Shown here piece after piece: positions 1-13,309 of a DNA stretch of 64,000 nt. This DNA is from Lama guanicoe. Its lineage: Eukaryota. Both the position numbers and the translations under genes were made by a program. The notes below the pieces were generated by a model. It was not told the DNA's origin. It saw nothing but the letters and a program-made list of their open reading frames with translations, and did no database searches. The stretch spans positions 14,121,950 through 14,185,949 of the forward strand of contig MU054323.1 of NCBI GenBank assembly GCA_013239625.1. The letters are read 5' to 3'. How positions within the stretch are numbered: the stretch's first letter is position 1; each line of letters opens with the position of its first letter.

Positions 1-2432
1 CTATGATCTACCTCAAACTGAATACCAAGTAACCTCACCTCCCAGTAAAAAATAAAAAATAAAATAAAACAATATGAAAATAAAAACTCAACTCCTCACC
101 AATCACTAATTGCAGAATAACCAAAAAACCTTATCTTCTAAGCTGTGTCTGTCAATACACTGGAGAAATAGAAACCACCTCACAAATTAAAGGAGAAATT
201 TTCATATTCTCCATCCTGAGTTCTTTAATTACATTTATATGATGGTTGTTTAAAATATGTATAAAGTCCCTACAAACAATTTTGGACTCCAGGGGGTAAA
301 ATAAATTGAAATAGATCTTGCTTTCTCCTGCTTACATTTGAAACCTCTTTATAGATTTATTACTTTTTATGTTACTTGTAATGTTACTTATTATTTATTA
401 ACAGCAAGAATTGTAGCACAGTGCCAAAATAAATAATGTTCCAAGTTTGTGTTAAGTACCTTTTTTGCCTCAGATATCAAGTTAAGATATGAAGTGCCTG
501 GGATATTGCAGATAATATTCCATTGCAGACATTTATTAAATTTTCATCCTTTTCTCTTTTGTATGTATCTTCAGCTGCCAAGGTTTTCAGAGATGTCCAA
601 AGTACTTGACATGGAAAAGGAAAAAGTATAGTCCTAATCCACCAGGGAGTTTCTTCTCCTGCTAGACATAGGAGGTGATAATCTTCACATGTCAGAGGCA
701 CACAGGAATGAAGCGTGACTGTCCTCAGCATTAGCAAAATGGCAGCCAACCCAGAAATTGAGTAAATTCATGCAAACTTACTAAACCGAACAGGTAGATC
801 TTTTTCTCCCCCTCCAAGTGAAATAGTAGTTGACCCACTGTACTGACATACTTTAATCTGAGATAAACAGTCCAGTTACCAGTCTACTGAAAACTTCCTC
901 GAGAAATGGGAAGCTTTGTCTGTCTTCTTTATCAGAATCACTCTTATCACATATAAATATGTACTGAGAGAAGAATTTAACCAATTTCAAAGGTATACTT
1001 TTTTTTTTTAGCATTGTAAGCAAATAGAAAATAGAACTAAAACATTTGCTGTTTTAGAAATGTGATAGGAGCTTATTATAATAGAAGTTATTATTAGGTA
1101 AACTTGGCTGGATCATAAACATGCCTATAAAATATAATTTCAAAGTAATATATTCTACTATAAATAGTACACTTATAGAAATCTGTAGGACTACTATCTC
1201 CAAGATAATTATGTTCAACCTGAGCTTCTTAATTAGTGTCATAATACATTTTTCTCCTGTACACTTTTTTTTTTTTGCAGTTAGAACATTGTAGAGAATT
1301 GAGACTCTAGGACATATCTCCTTTTTAATAAATGCTGAATGGCTTTCAGATTCATAGTTAACATCTGTTACCCATAATTAATTATCATTAATGAAAACAA
1401 GTGAGCTATTATTAGCACAAGGTAATCCAGTCCAGTACATTTTACAGAGAAGTTGGGTGAATTGAGGTGTTTTCATTTGGTCATCTTTCTCAGTATAAAA
1501 TATTTCAAAGTATTCTCTGAGTGCTGAAAGAGTTCCTCCTCAGAGTGTCTAACTTCTACTGGACCACCATAGTTCTCTCAGTCCCTTGTGGTAACTGACT
1601 TTGAAGAGAACGGGTGTCTACAGCGGTTTAAGCAGCTTCAATAGAATTTTTTTCCTTTGCGCTGGTAAGTGCACTTACTTGAGGTTTGTCTTTTTCACTG
1701 AGGATCATTTGAAAGTTCAGAGGTAACAGAACTACTTAAAGACAGGAATTAAATGTAGTAACCTTAATTCATCTTTTCTTTGGAACTTTCACCTCATTTA
1801 ATATGCATCCTATTTTTAAAATTAATGAACATTATGTGTTTTTTTAAAAAAGCATTGAGAAAGATTGATAGTGAAGAAAATAGAATGGAGGTAGCTACTC
1901 CATATAAAAAAACAATTTTTTATGCTATTTTGTTTTTGCCACCTTGCTGATTTATTTTTAAATAGTTAACAAGACTAGATGTGCTGCTCGGTAGTTCTGA
2001 TTTAATATTTCTGATACAATTGTTTTCATTGGGAAGGCATAGCTTAAAGATGCCAGTAGGACCTGCAAATAAAAATAGAATGAAAAGAGGAGGAGGGAAG
2101 GAAAAGGTAGGGGAGGGGAAGGGAAAGAAGAAGAACAGCAACACAAAAACATTTGAAAAATCTCATGAATTAATAGAAACCTTAAAGTTTCATTGCTTTT
2201 TTTTTTTTCAAAAGGAGTAAAAATGATATTCAGCTGTTGTAAGCACCTCTCACTGGCATTCTTTCCTCAGGAAGTTGGGAGTGAGACTAACCAAACCTGG
2301 CAAAATTGAGTTGATTTGTTAGAATTGTAGAGGGACCAGAGAAAACCAACATGCATAATAAAAAGAAAAGCATTTAATAGGAGGAGAGATTAAAGAAATG
2401 TTAGTAAGTCTAGAAGCACAAAAAAGAGTAAC

Positions 2433-4400
2433 TGTATTAGACTGGATCCTCTAAGAGCTGATGCCCAGAAAGGATTAAACATACAAACATTTCATTAAGT
2501 GAAGCTTCCAGAGAAAATATGAAAGGAGCCCAAGAAGGCTGGAAGAGCTTTTAGATCATACTGCATGTCTGACCCTGAGTGAAGGAGAGGGAAAGAAAGT
2601 TGAGTGCAAACAGTCTAAGGAATATTTGGTAAGGTTGTCAGGTTATCCTCAAGCCAGAGTCAGGTATCAGAGGTCCCATATCTCCTAGGTGTTCTAGCAT
2701 CATACCTGCCTTGGTATCCCTGGCCACTGTCAGTTGATTGTTCTTTGCCTTTTCCATGATGGGTATTTTCCAATGGACATTGATATGTGATACAGAAATC
2801 TTCACATTTGATGGTCACTCAAATATGTCAATTCATCTTTCTCTACTCCAGGTCCCTGAAAGTCTCTGATCTTTCAGGCCTTTTGCTTCTGTGACCTAAC
2901 TAGATGGTCAGGTCATTAGCCACTACCCAGAAATCTCTCTTCTCACCTTGGGCCACTTCTCTTTCCACAAGTTTACTATTAGTCATTTCCTCAGTTCCCA
3001 AATTAATAAATAAAATGGATCTGGACTTTAGTCATCATTCCACCTGTCCCCTCTATGTCCTGATTGGGATAGTGAGTCAGGATGGGATCAAGATAAACTC
3101 AGACCCTGAGTCCATAAGTCCTCAAAATATTTGGTTATTCCACCTTTCTTCAGTGTCATCCAATAAATAGGTACCTTTGTGGAGAGACTGGTGAATTGTT
3201 ATGGTATAAGCTTGTCATACGTGTTACATGTGGACTTTCTCCTAGGGACTTGAGCATCTTTTTAGTCTTGGTCTGTACCTGGGAATTGAACAAGGGATGG
3301 TGGCTTTCTATTGGGTGATCACATTCCCTCACCTTAAGCACCCTGTTATGTTCCTGTTCAGATTTAGTATTTAATTTTTTTTGGATGCAATTTAAAAAGG
3401 GATTGTTTCTTTACTTTCCTTTTCTAATATTTCACTGTTAGTGTAAAGAAATGCAACTGATTTCTGTATGTTAATCTTGTATCCAGCTACCTTGCCGTAT
3501 TCTTTTATCAGCTCTTGTAGTTTTTGTGTGGAGCTCTTAGGGTTTTCCGTATATAGTATCATGTCATCCAAATATAGTGTCAGTTTTACCTCTTTTCTTC
3601 CAATTTGGATCCCTTTTATTTCTTTTTCTGGCCTGATTGCTGTAGCTAGGACTTACAAGACTATGTTGAATAGAAATGGTGAGAGTGGGCATCCTTGTCT
3701 TGTTCCAGATTTTAGTGAGAAGGCTTTCAGTTTTTTACCATTGAGTATAATGCTGGCTGTGGGTTTGTCATAAATAGCTTTTATTTTATTGAGGTATGTT
3801 ACCTCTGTACCCACCATCAGTGAAGTTTAGCAAATATGCTGCCATTTTGTGTCAGGGCTATCTGCCCCTCACTTACCAACCAGGATGGGGTCCTTTTTCC
3901 TCTGTCAGTCAGTGGGTGATCTAGTCCTAAGTCCCCATTTTACTGCCTGTTTTCTGGAACCACTCCTCATAGCCACTTGTGTTAGTCCAGATCCTCTGAG
4001 AAGCAGATACCAAGATGGGATTAAATATGCAAGGATTTTACTAGGGGGAAACTCTGTGAGAGGAAATGGGGAGGCAGCTCAAGGAGGCTGGAAGAACCTT
4101 GAGGACACAAAGTAAATCAGACCAAGTGTAGGAGAGAAGGTAGGAAAGGTGAGCAGAAGTGCCCCAGTCAGCTGTACCGTCCACTGTAGTTTCAGCAAGT
4201 TTGTCAGCAAGCCCTCAAGTAAAAGACCCATGTCTCCCAGCACTGGACCTGCTTCAGTGTCCCTGCCATGCTTTGGCTGGGAGCAGTTTCTGCCATGCTA
4301 TGTGACCTGGGCCCAAATGTGTTAATGGATTTCAAAGCAAGAGCTGTCCACTTTTGATCCCTGTTGTTGGAGGTCTTCAATTTCCATTCTCGCTGCCACC
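2433..4400 (-). mobile_element. Internally deleted ERVL (class III) provirus remnant with two LTR16-like LTRs (ERV3-16A3/LTR16C-like)
   Basis: Two related same-orientation LTR ends: TGTATTAGACTGGATCCTCTAAGAGC at 2433 and TGTGTTAGTCCAGATCCTCTGAGAAGC at 3978. On the minus strand the 5' LTR (about 4400-3978) is followed by a PBS-like TGGCTATGAGGAGTGG (3975-3960). Minus-strand translations give a protease motif NQIF*GLMDSGSEFILIP (3136-3083) and RNase H-region motifs LWKEKWPKVR (2970-2941) and VKISVSHINVHWKIP (2805-2761), all resembling ERVL Pro/Pol. Confidence 0.85.
3375..3814 (-). mobile_element. Internal L1 ORF2 (RT-domain) fragment lying inside the ERVL remnant; no 3'UTR or poly(A)
   Basis: 3375-3618 aligns closely with 24745-24986 of the larger L1 in this window. 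The minus strand reads [13 protein letters not shown], a degenerate YADD motif. Confidence 0.9.
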
Positions 4401-6574
4401 CCAACTATGAAAGGCAGAGGAAAGATATCTTTAAGACTGGTCCCTATTCTGATGTCCATACTTATGGAAATCAAAACAAGAGGGGATTTTTTTTCTACTG
4501 CAAGGGAAACCACTGTAAGGAAGGATTTGGTTGTCATTGATTCCACAGTGGAACAGACTTTCATTGAAGACTTTGAAATTATTAAGCCTGAACCTCTCTA
4601 TTTATAGGATGTTAATTTAACCAAATATGGTGTCAATGTGAGAATGGAGGGGGTCACGTGCTATAGAACTCCTATGCCTTTACATAAGCACTGTTACTCC
4701 TTATTTAAACAGTTAAACATGTTTGTTTTTAACCTCAGTAATTCTCTAAGTCTTTAATCTTCAAAAGGTTATTATGCAAGTTGGGACTCTACTATAAGGC
4801 AATTAAGTGTACAGTATTGGCTAACATTACAGTGATGTGATATTTACTTATTGCTGAAATATATATTGAGCTTTTTGTTTAATATAATGTGTTTCAGTAA
4901 ACTCAGTCTGAGAAATTTTGGGATAGAAAATTATCTCCCTAGAGTGGCTTAGAAATGTATATTTTTAAAGGCAAGGCGTGAGATTAACAGCTTCATACTA
5001 CTGACTTTATGATTCTACAGGTTAGTTTTAAGGCATTCTCTTAATACATGTCCAGGAAATAAACTTTATTATTGATAGTCAGTAATCACATATTGGACTG
5101 AAAACATACACCTCTGTTAATGTTACTTGTGCTAATGACATCTGGCAAGGTCTTTAATTGTTTTCTTCTAAGATGATCAGGAGTTTAAACTGCTCAGAAG
5201 GCTTTGTAAAATACCAGGAACACATGCTGTCCTAGCCCCTAGTATTTACATCAAGTTTCAAAAAACGTTATTTTCTTTTTTTCCAGTTATTTAGGAAAAG
5301 TAGTTGTTTAATTATTAGCCATCTGAACTAGCAACTGGATCCTCAGCACTGACAAGTTGAAACCCTGAGAACTGGGAGACAGATGCAAAAGGGGGTTGAT
5401 CAGAGAAGCAATTGCTGTGCTCTCTGAAATTTGTCTAAAGTTGTTGGAAATAAACATGTTAAATCTTTTTAATAGAAAAGAAAAGCACCCTAATGAATCC
5501 TCCCCTGCAGAAATCTTTCATTATGTCAAGATTCTTTAGAATTATGGTATCTCCAAAGTGATTTATTATTAGATGTACTGAACCACGTAAGTCAATGTTA
5601 TCTTGAAGTTCAAACACATCAGATAAGAGGAACCACTATATAATGTTAAAGTAGTTGTAAAGTATAACTCAGGAGAATTATAAAAGGAGTCCTTTGATTT
5701 GATCCACGTGTACACACAATACTCTGCCTGCCCATTGTAATTATAATCACTATAATGCATAGAAGTTGATTAATCATAGTGTAAAAATTGCTGTCAAGGG
5801 AAAACTCGTATTTGGCTATTACATGATTCCAGGCATTTTAACACGACAGAGCAGGCTTGTAGCTCTGAGGAAAAGAAACAGTTTGGCATACAGATCTGAG
5901 AATGAATCACTTTTTGTATATATGAAGCTCTGAAAAAGCCATGTGAAGGTTGCATGAAGTGCTGAGAGGTTTTAAAATACTCCATCATGAGTCTTTGAAG
6001 GATTTAGTATTTTGCAAGAAAAGAAAATACTGTTTACCATTAAGTGGAAAGCTGACAGAAATAACACTCAAATATGAACACATTTGAGTTCTGATTTATC
6101 TGAACTGATTTTTAAAAAGAATTTCAGACCTACAAGGACATTTCTTATACATCTATCTCTCAGACTAAAATATTGAACAAAATGTATTATTTCTGTTTCT
6201 TTCAAAATCTGTGCTCTAGTGTTAGAGGATTTAATGGCATTTTCTGACTGTCATCTTTTTCACAGACTCAGGGCTCTCACTGTTGGTACTCAACAAAGTG
6301 GAGAGCAAAAGAGACATCAATGAAAAAAACTCTCTCTTCAAAAAGCTGAATTACTAGTCTTCCTTACAATCATTCATACAGCCCTTATAATCAGTCAAAC
6401 CCTTAAATAACGTATAATATCTGATGTTATTTTTCTCCGTCTTCTTCACAGTTGACCTACAAATACTTTACAATGCAGATATCAGAGATCAGATAGGAGC
6501 GTGTGTGTCTTAGTCAGGCTTTGAGAAAGATACTCCTCCCAATAGGAAGATGTCCTTGGTAAATTTTAAAAGTT

Positions 6575-7050
6575 TCTTTTAAAATTTTAAATCTTTTATC
6601 TGGAAATAATTTCAGACTTGCAAAAGAGTTGCATAAATAATACTAGCACAAAGAATACACCTGTATACCTCTTATCCAGGTTTATCCTATTGTTAACATT
6701 TTACCATTTGCCTTATAATGTGCTCTTTTTTCCCTTGCTCTCTCTCTCTCCCATATATATAATATATTATATATATGTAATTTTATTATTTCTTTACATT
6801 CTGTCATAACAAGATATTCAAACTTATGCTTATTCTGTACTTAGCCTGCCCCAGCCCTGGAAATAGCCTCTCTGAGGAGCCCTGGTTCCTTTCAGTGGAA
6901 AATTATATTAGAGACCAAAATAAGAGTATGAGGCGTGCTCATTGTATGAGAGTGTCATTGCTTCTTACACCATTTAGCAGACAGAACTAGGAAATATGTA
7001 CACGTATATAAATGCACATACATGCAAATAAATACAAAATATACATACGT
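6575..7050 (-). mobile_element. Old L1 3' end (L1MC-like)
   Basis: Characteristic blocks GAAATAATTTCAGACTTGCAAAAGAGTTGC and CCTGCCCCAGCCCTGGAA...GAGCCCTGGTTCCTTTCAGTGG...GACAGAACTAGGAAATATG. Confidence 0.7.
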
Positions 7051-7507
7051 ACCCATTCTGCTTATAACCTCATCCTTGCTTTATTCTCAGCTAGAAGTTA
7101 TAAAATACTCATGAATATATAAAATATATTCATGAAAGTATAAAATGTTCATCAAATACTCAATGTTAGCTGCTTTGTCAGCATTTTCCCAGTCATCTTT
7201 GGTTGGACAAATCTCATCCTTGTGTAGATTATGATGTTTCTCTTTAATTTTACAAGAGCCTTATTTTGCCCTCTTATTTTTTTCCTTTTACTGTTTTGCT
7301 TTTACTGTTTTATCTCCAAAGTTTATACCTTCTTAATATATATACGTCTGTTCCAGAAGCACTGCCTCTTTGAGGCTGCCACTTCTGGTCCACTTTCAAG
7401 TTCCTTTCCTGTGATCAGTTCTATGAACTACCGAGTTCTGACATATGTCCAGTATTTTATCATTTGTTGTGGGCATTTTCTTTCTGAGAATGATTTTGTC
7501 TATGCCT

Positions 7508-8020
7508 TGAAAGAGTTCAAAATGAGCCTCCTCAAAATATGCCACTTTGACATATGGATTACTTTGAGCTGAAGTCAGTCAAGGCCCAGAAGACTTGGGA
7601 GAACTTTTTTACTCCTTCTTACCTGCCTAAAAGAATTTAGACATAGGGCCTGATTCAGGAGGAGAGCTATCACCAGAGATAACTACAAGGAATATGGGCT
7701 GGGTCTGGTAAGTGAGGGGAGCTAGGTAGGGCTGGGAGGGCAGACCCTCTCTGTGTCCTATTGTCTCTGCATGGCATAGCAAACACTTGCTCACTGAACA
7801 TTTGCTCTTCCCTTCTTCCTGTAGATTAGCTTCCTCCCCTTTTTAAACCTAGACTTCTAACCCTTCTAAGCCATGATGGCCTGACTGCTGTGGGACTCAT
7901 AGTCTTAGGGGACGCCTGTATATACATAATTGAATTTTCCTTCTGTTAATCTGTCCTGTTAGTTTGATTAGATCAGCCAAAGAACCAAGTGGATAGAGGA
8001 AAAATTTTCCCTCCCATAAA
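7508..8020 (+). mobile_element. ERV1-class solo LTR (MER34/MER39-like)
   Basis: Starts TGAAAGAG...CAAAATATGCCACTTTGACATATGGATTACTTTGAGCTGAAG and ends ...GAGGAAAATTTTCCCTCCCATAAA. The termini are shared with the LTRs at 8943, 13310 and 14961. Confidence 0.8.
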
Positions 8021-8942
8021 CCTACATCTCAGTCCTTTCGTCTCCCTTATTCCTACTCATGGAGAATTGTTAGTCTTCTCTCTTCTGCTCTCTGCACCCA
8101 CAGGCTGGCAGCACAGAGCTAGCAATGGGGGAGACATTGGGATTTTTGGTTTATTTTTTCTCTACTTACAGAGAGTTATAAAGTTGCATTTCCTTGTCTC
8201 CAAATAATGCTTAAAGTATTGGTTCTGTGTGGCTTATTTCCTCTCCCTACTGATTTTCTGGAGTGCTGATCAATTAAAAGTATTTTCATGCCTTTTGAAA
8301 AACCTTAAAAATATTACAGGCGTAGAGTGAAATGTTTTTATAGAAAGTACCATTTTGGTTTCAGTATTTAGAAGTTAGAGAGAAATGTGAGCTAGATTCC
8401 AAGTCTTCAGTTAATTTGCGGGGAGTGACTAGGAGATCAGAAAGTGAAAGGGACCATGGCCGAGGGGCAGAGTGGGGATGATACAGAAGAGTAAAGGGTA
8501 ATGGTTTGGAAAAGCACTGGGGAGCAGGGAGGTTTTTGATCATCTTCCAAACCAGAGGTTTTGGAAATTCAGCAGCATTGTAACATAGAGCTTCTGGGGA
8601 AATGGTATCCTCAAACTAGAGCTGGGGAGGGAATGTTCTGTGAATAGTTGGTTTCCAGAAAATTGGAAATTGGTGAGTAGTGGCACATTCAGATTGGAGA
8701 GGCTGAGTAGGACAGCATCTGTATTAAAGTACAGTATGGAGCATGGCTAAGGATGGCTGGGAAGCACAGTTCCATGGGTGGGATGAACTATTCTTATATT
8801 TTAAATAGAAATCACATACACAGTAGCTTCAATGCAGGCACAGGTAAGCCTGCAGTTTGAGTCAGAAGTTTAGATACTAGTCCAAGCAAACAGCCCTAGG
8901 ATGTCTCATCTGTGGGCACTGAGGCAGACTCCTGGTTGAGTC

Positions 8943-9479
8943 TGTAGAGGAGGAAAAATGTTTTTTCTTTTACACTTGTAGGTTTTCAGCTGGGTTTCTG
9001 TAACAAAAGAGAGACTAGCAAGAGTAACACAAACAAAATTTTAACATGTCTATATGATGTATACATGCGAGAAATTCAAGCATGAGTAACTCAAAGGAAT
9101 ATTTAGGACTGAGGCTCCTGTATCATTTTAGGCTAAGGAAAGGGGTTTGGGGCTTCTGGACAAAGGGAGGCAAGTTATGGGAAGGTAACCAGGAAAAGTA
9201 TAGCTAACAAGGGTGAGGTTTATTATACAGATTGGAGTGGTGCCTTCTCCAGTGATGAGTCTCTTATGACTAAGTGTCATCCTTCTCTTCTGGGTACAGA
9301 GACAGAGACACCCTTGTAAGTAGAGAATTCCTTTGCAAAATGTACATTTCCTTTATAGAAGGGAAATTTGTGTTCTGTCTTCAGAGCTTCTACTCTGTTT
9401 GCTGTTTCTTGAAATAATCATCTCAAAATTATCTTTATGCCTAAGAGGTATATTTTGGGGTGGCATATTCCAGTTTACA
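8943..9479 (-). mobile_element. ERV1-class solo LTR (MER34-like) with 4-bp TSD AGTC
   Basis: TG...CA termini, with AGTC at 8939-8942 and 9480-9483. Reverse complement of the same family found at 13310 and 14961. Confidence 0.9.
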
Positions 9480-10602
9480 AGTCAGAGTCCTGGTGTGTGG
9501 ACCATAAGATTACGCAGATAAAGACTGGAATGGGGCTGGAGATCTACATCTAATCTACTGAGAGCTTAATCCTTCCCTTTCAGCAGCCTGTACATACTGT
9601 AGACCAGTCTGCTCTTTTCTTGCCTCTAGTACTGCAGATATTTCTTGTCAGCATCATCACTTTCTCCTCTGCATGGATTATAGTATGATACTTAGATGTG
9701 TGTCCTTCATTTATAATTCAGTGTGAAATTCAGTGAAATCTCTCAATCTGGCACTTTATTTTAGGAATATTGTTTGTTATGATATAATTAATGCCTCTCC
9801 TCCATCATTTTTATCCTTCAGAAGTTCTCATTATTCAACGTTAAGTTCTCTTTTCCCTCAGTATTACCTTCTATCTTTTGCCTCCCCCTTGAGATAGTTT
9901 TCTCCTATTTTTGCCTTCTAGACCATTAATGCAGGTTTCAACAGTCTTGTCTCCAATTTCAGTTCATCCAGTGAACTGTTAAATTATGAACATTTATCTT
10001 AAACCATGGTACTGTGCTCAACTCTAATTTCCTTAAGTTCTGTTATTATCATTTTAAATTTGGGTTTTCAGTTGTTTCTAACATGTGTTCTATGTGTTCT
10101 GACTGGCATTTCAGAGGCTGAGAGGGGGACTAGTTATGTATTTTTAGCTCATTATGGCTCAAGCATAATAGTTGGAGGATGTGGTTGCAGTTCACCATTC
10201 ATAGATTTCCAGTTGAATTCTCCTCTGAGGCATGGCCTCAGATGTGGAAGCATGCATGATGCCGGTTTGTAGCTGAAATACCTGAAGGAAGTCTACCTGT
10301 TTTGTGGTTTCCTCTAACTCTCATAGCCTCAGAGTCATGGAAAACTTGGTTCAGTTGTTCAACTCCTCTAAGTATTGTGAGGCCCAGGGGATCAGTAAAA
10401 CCTATATAGGGTCATTGTCAAATGGTAGCCTTTTCCTATCATGCAGAAGTGTTCTCTACAAACCTCTGAGTGCCATAGTCTTCCCAGAAAATGCTCCTTG
10501 CTGGCTTGTGCACTGGATCCTCTGATAATGTCTCTAGTTGCTTGCCTAGCCCATCATGAATATAGGCCTGTAATAGTTATATGTCATGAGGTTCCATTAA
10601 GG

Positions 10603-10772
10603 TAGTGTTACCTGATAAAATACAGGACACCCAGTCAAATCTGAATTTTCGATAAGTAATAATTTTTTAAGGGACATATTTAACAGTAAAAAAAAAAAGT
10701 ATTCATTGTTTATCTGAAAATCAAGTTTAACTGAGCATCTAGTATTTTTATTTGCTAACTCTGGTCACTCTA
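10603..10772 (-). mobile_element. MER53 palindromic non-autonomous DNA transposon (degraded, central deletion)
   Basis: TAGTGTTACCTGATAAAATACAGGACACCCAG...TTTGCTAACTCTGGTCACTCTA, homologous to the reverse complement of 29509-29678. Confidence 0.85.
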
Positions 10773-11499
10773 CCACAGAGCTCAAGGCTATCCTGTACAC
10801 AGATTCCTGTAGGGTCAAGCAGAATGTTGATGCAAGAGGAGCAGCTAGGTTGATCTTCAGAGGTAGAGGAAAGAACTTCAGTTCTTGTCACCATGTTCCC
10901 AAATCTCTTTTTCTGTAAACTTTGGCTTCCCTTTTCACTTTGCCCATCATTTATATTCTCCATAGTAAACAAGACCTTATGAGCTGACCCAGAAAACAAA
11001 AACGTCTATAATAAAAGCTTTCCCCATTAGAATCATGTGCCTGTGAGTACAAATATTTCAAACAGTTTGGTTTCTTTTCCACATCAGTGATTTTATTTTT
11101 ATTATGTTAGGTTGTAAAGCAAAATACAGCTATAAAACTATTTTTAAGAAACACATTTAAAATGAATAATTAAAGAAAACATTTGAAAGAATACTAGACA
11201 AAGGAAACAAAATATTTTAAAAAGGGAAAGAGAAAAAACAGGAGTGGAAAGTCAGTAGCAGACTATTGGAAATTTAAGTTGAAAGTCTCTGAACAGGATA
11301 GGAAGTACATATGTAATAATAAAAGCACAGTTTATTAATAAAATATATTAGCAAAAAATTTGCATCTTACATACATAACAGCTACAAACACAAAGAAATG
11401 CAAAAATTGAGTAGACATATAATTGAAGTCTTCTTTACTCTGAAAATTAGGCAAATTGACCACAAGAACAGCAAAATAAAGTAAAGAATACTTAGGAGA

Positions 11500-11910
11500 G
11501 GGAATTAATTTAAAAAAAATAAGCAGTTATAACATCTGTTGATGAAGGGACTGTGGAGAAAGGAGTGCTCTCCGGGTACTCCTTAAATAAAATTAAGTGT
11601 TATAAGAGTTTGGACAGCATCTATTAAATTTAACTTTGAAAAATATTTTGGCCCAGCATCCTCATTAATGGAAATCTTTTCCATAAAAATGAAAACATTA
11701 GTATATGAAATCAGGTGGATAGGAATATTTACTACAGTGTTGTTTGCAATGACCAAAAAATAAGATGGGAATCAAATGAATGCCTCTCAATAAGAAAATG
11801 GCTGAATTCTCCCCTCACCAAGGGATATATGCCAGTTGAAATGGAGGGACTTTATAGGAGTTATGAGCTTAGACAGAAAATCAAGGTGCAGAAACATAAA
11901 TAATGTGTTA
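11500..11910 (+). mobile_element. Very old L1 ORF2 C-terminus / 3' fragment (L1ME-like)
   Basis: Degenerate GTGGAGAAAGGAGTGCTCTC...GGCCCAGCATCCTCATTAATGGAAATC...GAATGCCTCTCAATAAGAAAATGGCTGAA. Confidence 0.55.
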
Positions 11911-12964
11911 TTTTAATTTATATTATTTATCACTTAATGTGTAAATTTATATAGAGTTGAATGAAAAAATGAAGAAGGCTGAGTCAAAATTTATTATTCA
12001 CACAGTTTCACTTTATGTTGATGGTTAGGAGGGAGAAGGAGAGAGAAAATTGAGAAGGTAAACACTAGAAAAAAAGGGAAAAATTAAAATATTAGAAAAA
12101 AAATACTACCTCACAATAAAAAACATTTATGATGTGATCATATGAATGAATTTATCTGAAAATGGCATGAAGCCTGTGTGTAAATAAATAAAACTGACTG
12201 ATTCTTAATAAAATCTTTGGATTTCTACCCAATATATGTGCATTTTAGGAGAAGCTTTGTTCCAGTTTTTGATCTTAGAAGTTATCTGTTCTCTGCCTCT
12301 CTTTTTTGGTGAGTTTTGTTTATCTTTGTCTGTGATGAAAGTTTGTACCCTCAATAATCCCAGGTCAGAAGCAGGCATCTACTTCCCAGCTGAGGGTTTT
12401 TCTGTTTCCTTCTTTCTTAATCATTTTCTGCACAGCTCTGTGTCAGGTGTTGTGGAAGTTCAGAGAGCTGTATCACTCAATCCCACTTTTGAAGAAGCTT
12501 TCAATATAGTTGGAGAGGCAAAGCATGTGCGCTTAAAATATTGCAACTTTAGAATAAACCACTGTAAATACTGGTATAAGCAAGGGCATAATTAAGAAGC
12601 ACATGTAGTCTAAATAATAGACCAAATAATAGTATTCATAGGAGGTGGAATTTACCATAGGTTGAAATAATCAGGAGAGAATTTGATAAGGCTTTGAAGA
12701 CTGGGACGGGGTTTCTGAAATATGTTGGCCAGACAGTAGAAAGGTAAAAGTTACTGTATATAGGTACGTCTTCTGAAAAAGAAACCAACACTTTCTAGAA
12801 AGGAATGAAGAAACACCATAAAGGAAAACAAAGCATCAGATTATTTAATAATGAGAATGTCTATTCCCCAAGGATGACTCTTTGCTAAATAAACCTACAT
12901 CCAATTGCTTACTGCATTGAGGTTTGAAAACAGTTTTCCTCAATGCTAGCATTCCTTAAGCTGA

Positions 12965-13165
12965 ATAATAGCTAATACTTCTCGGATAATCACTATATTC
13001 TAGATGCTGTTGTAAATATTTTTCTAATCCCCTCTATCTCCTGTGGTTGGCACTATTACTGTCTATATTTAGAAGTAAGGAGTCTGAGTCATAGGTAGGC
13101 TAATAGTTCCTCAGGATCACTTTGCTAGTGAGGGGTAGAACTGGGATTGGAACCTGGGATCATAA
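12965..13165 (-). mobile_element. MIR SINE
   Basis: AATAATAGCTAATACTT...ATTTAGAAGTAAGGAGTCTGAG...GAACTGGGATTGGAACCTGG, an antisense MIR core. Confidence 0.65.
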
Positions 13166-13309
13166 CTGCTATGCTGACTACCACTTTAATAGTGGCCACA
13201 TTACAAGGCAGTGGTAGAATGGGTACTGGACCAGATGTGGAAACAGCTTCATTACATGAGTGTGCACATCTAAAAATATTTATAAAAATGAGATTCTAGC
13301 TATACAAAC

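Noticed and set aside
540..680. Acceptor-like site at 574 followed by short open frames
   Set aside because: All three frames stop within about 30 codons and none resembles a protein I know; the donor is weak.
6250..6360. Acceptor followed by SGLSLLVLNKVESKRDINEKNSLFKKLNY* as a terminal coding exon
   Set aside because: The peptide is unrecognised, no upstream coding exon is evident, and I see no clear nearby poly(A) signal.
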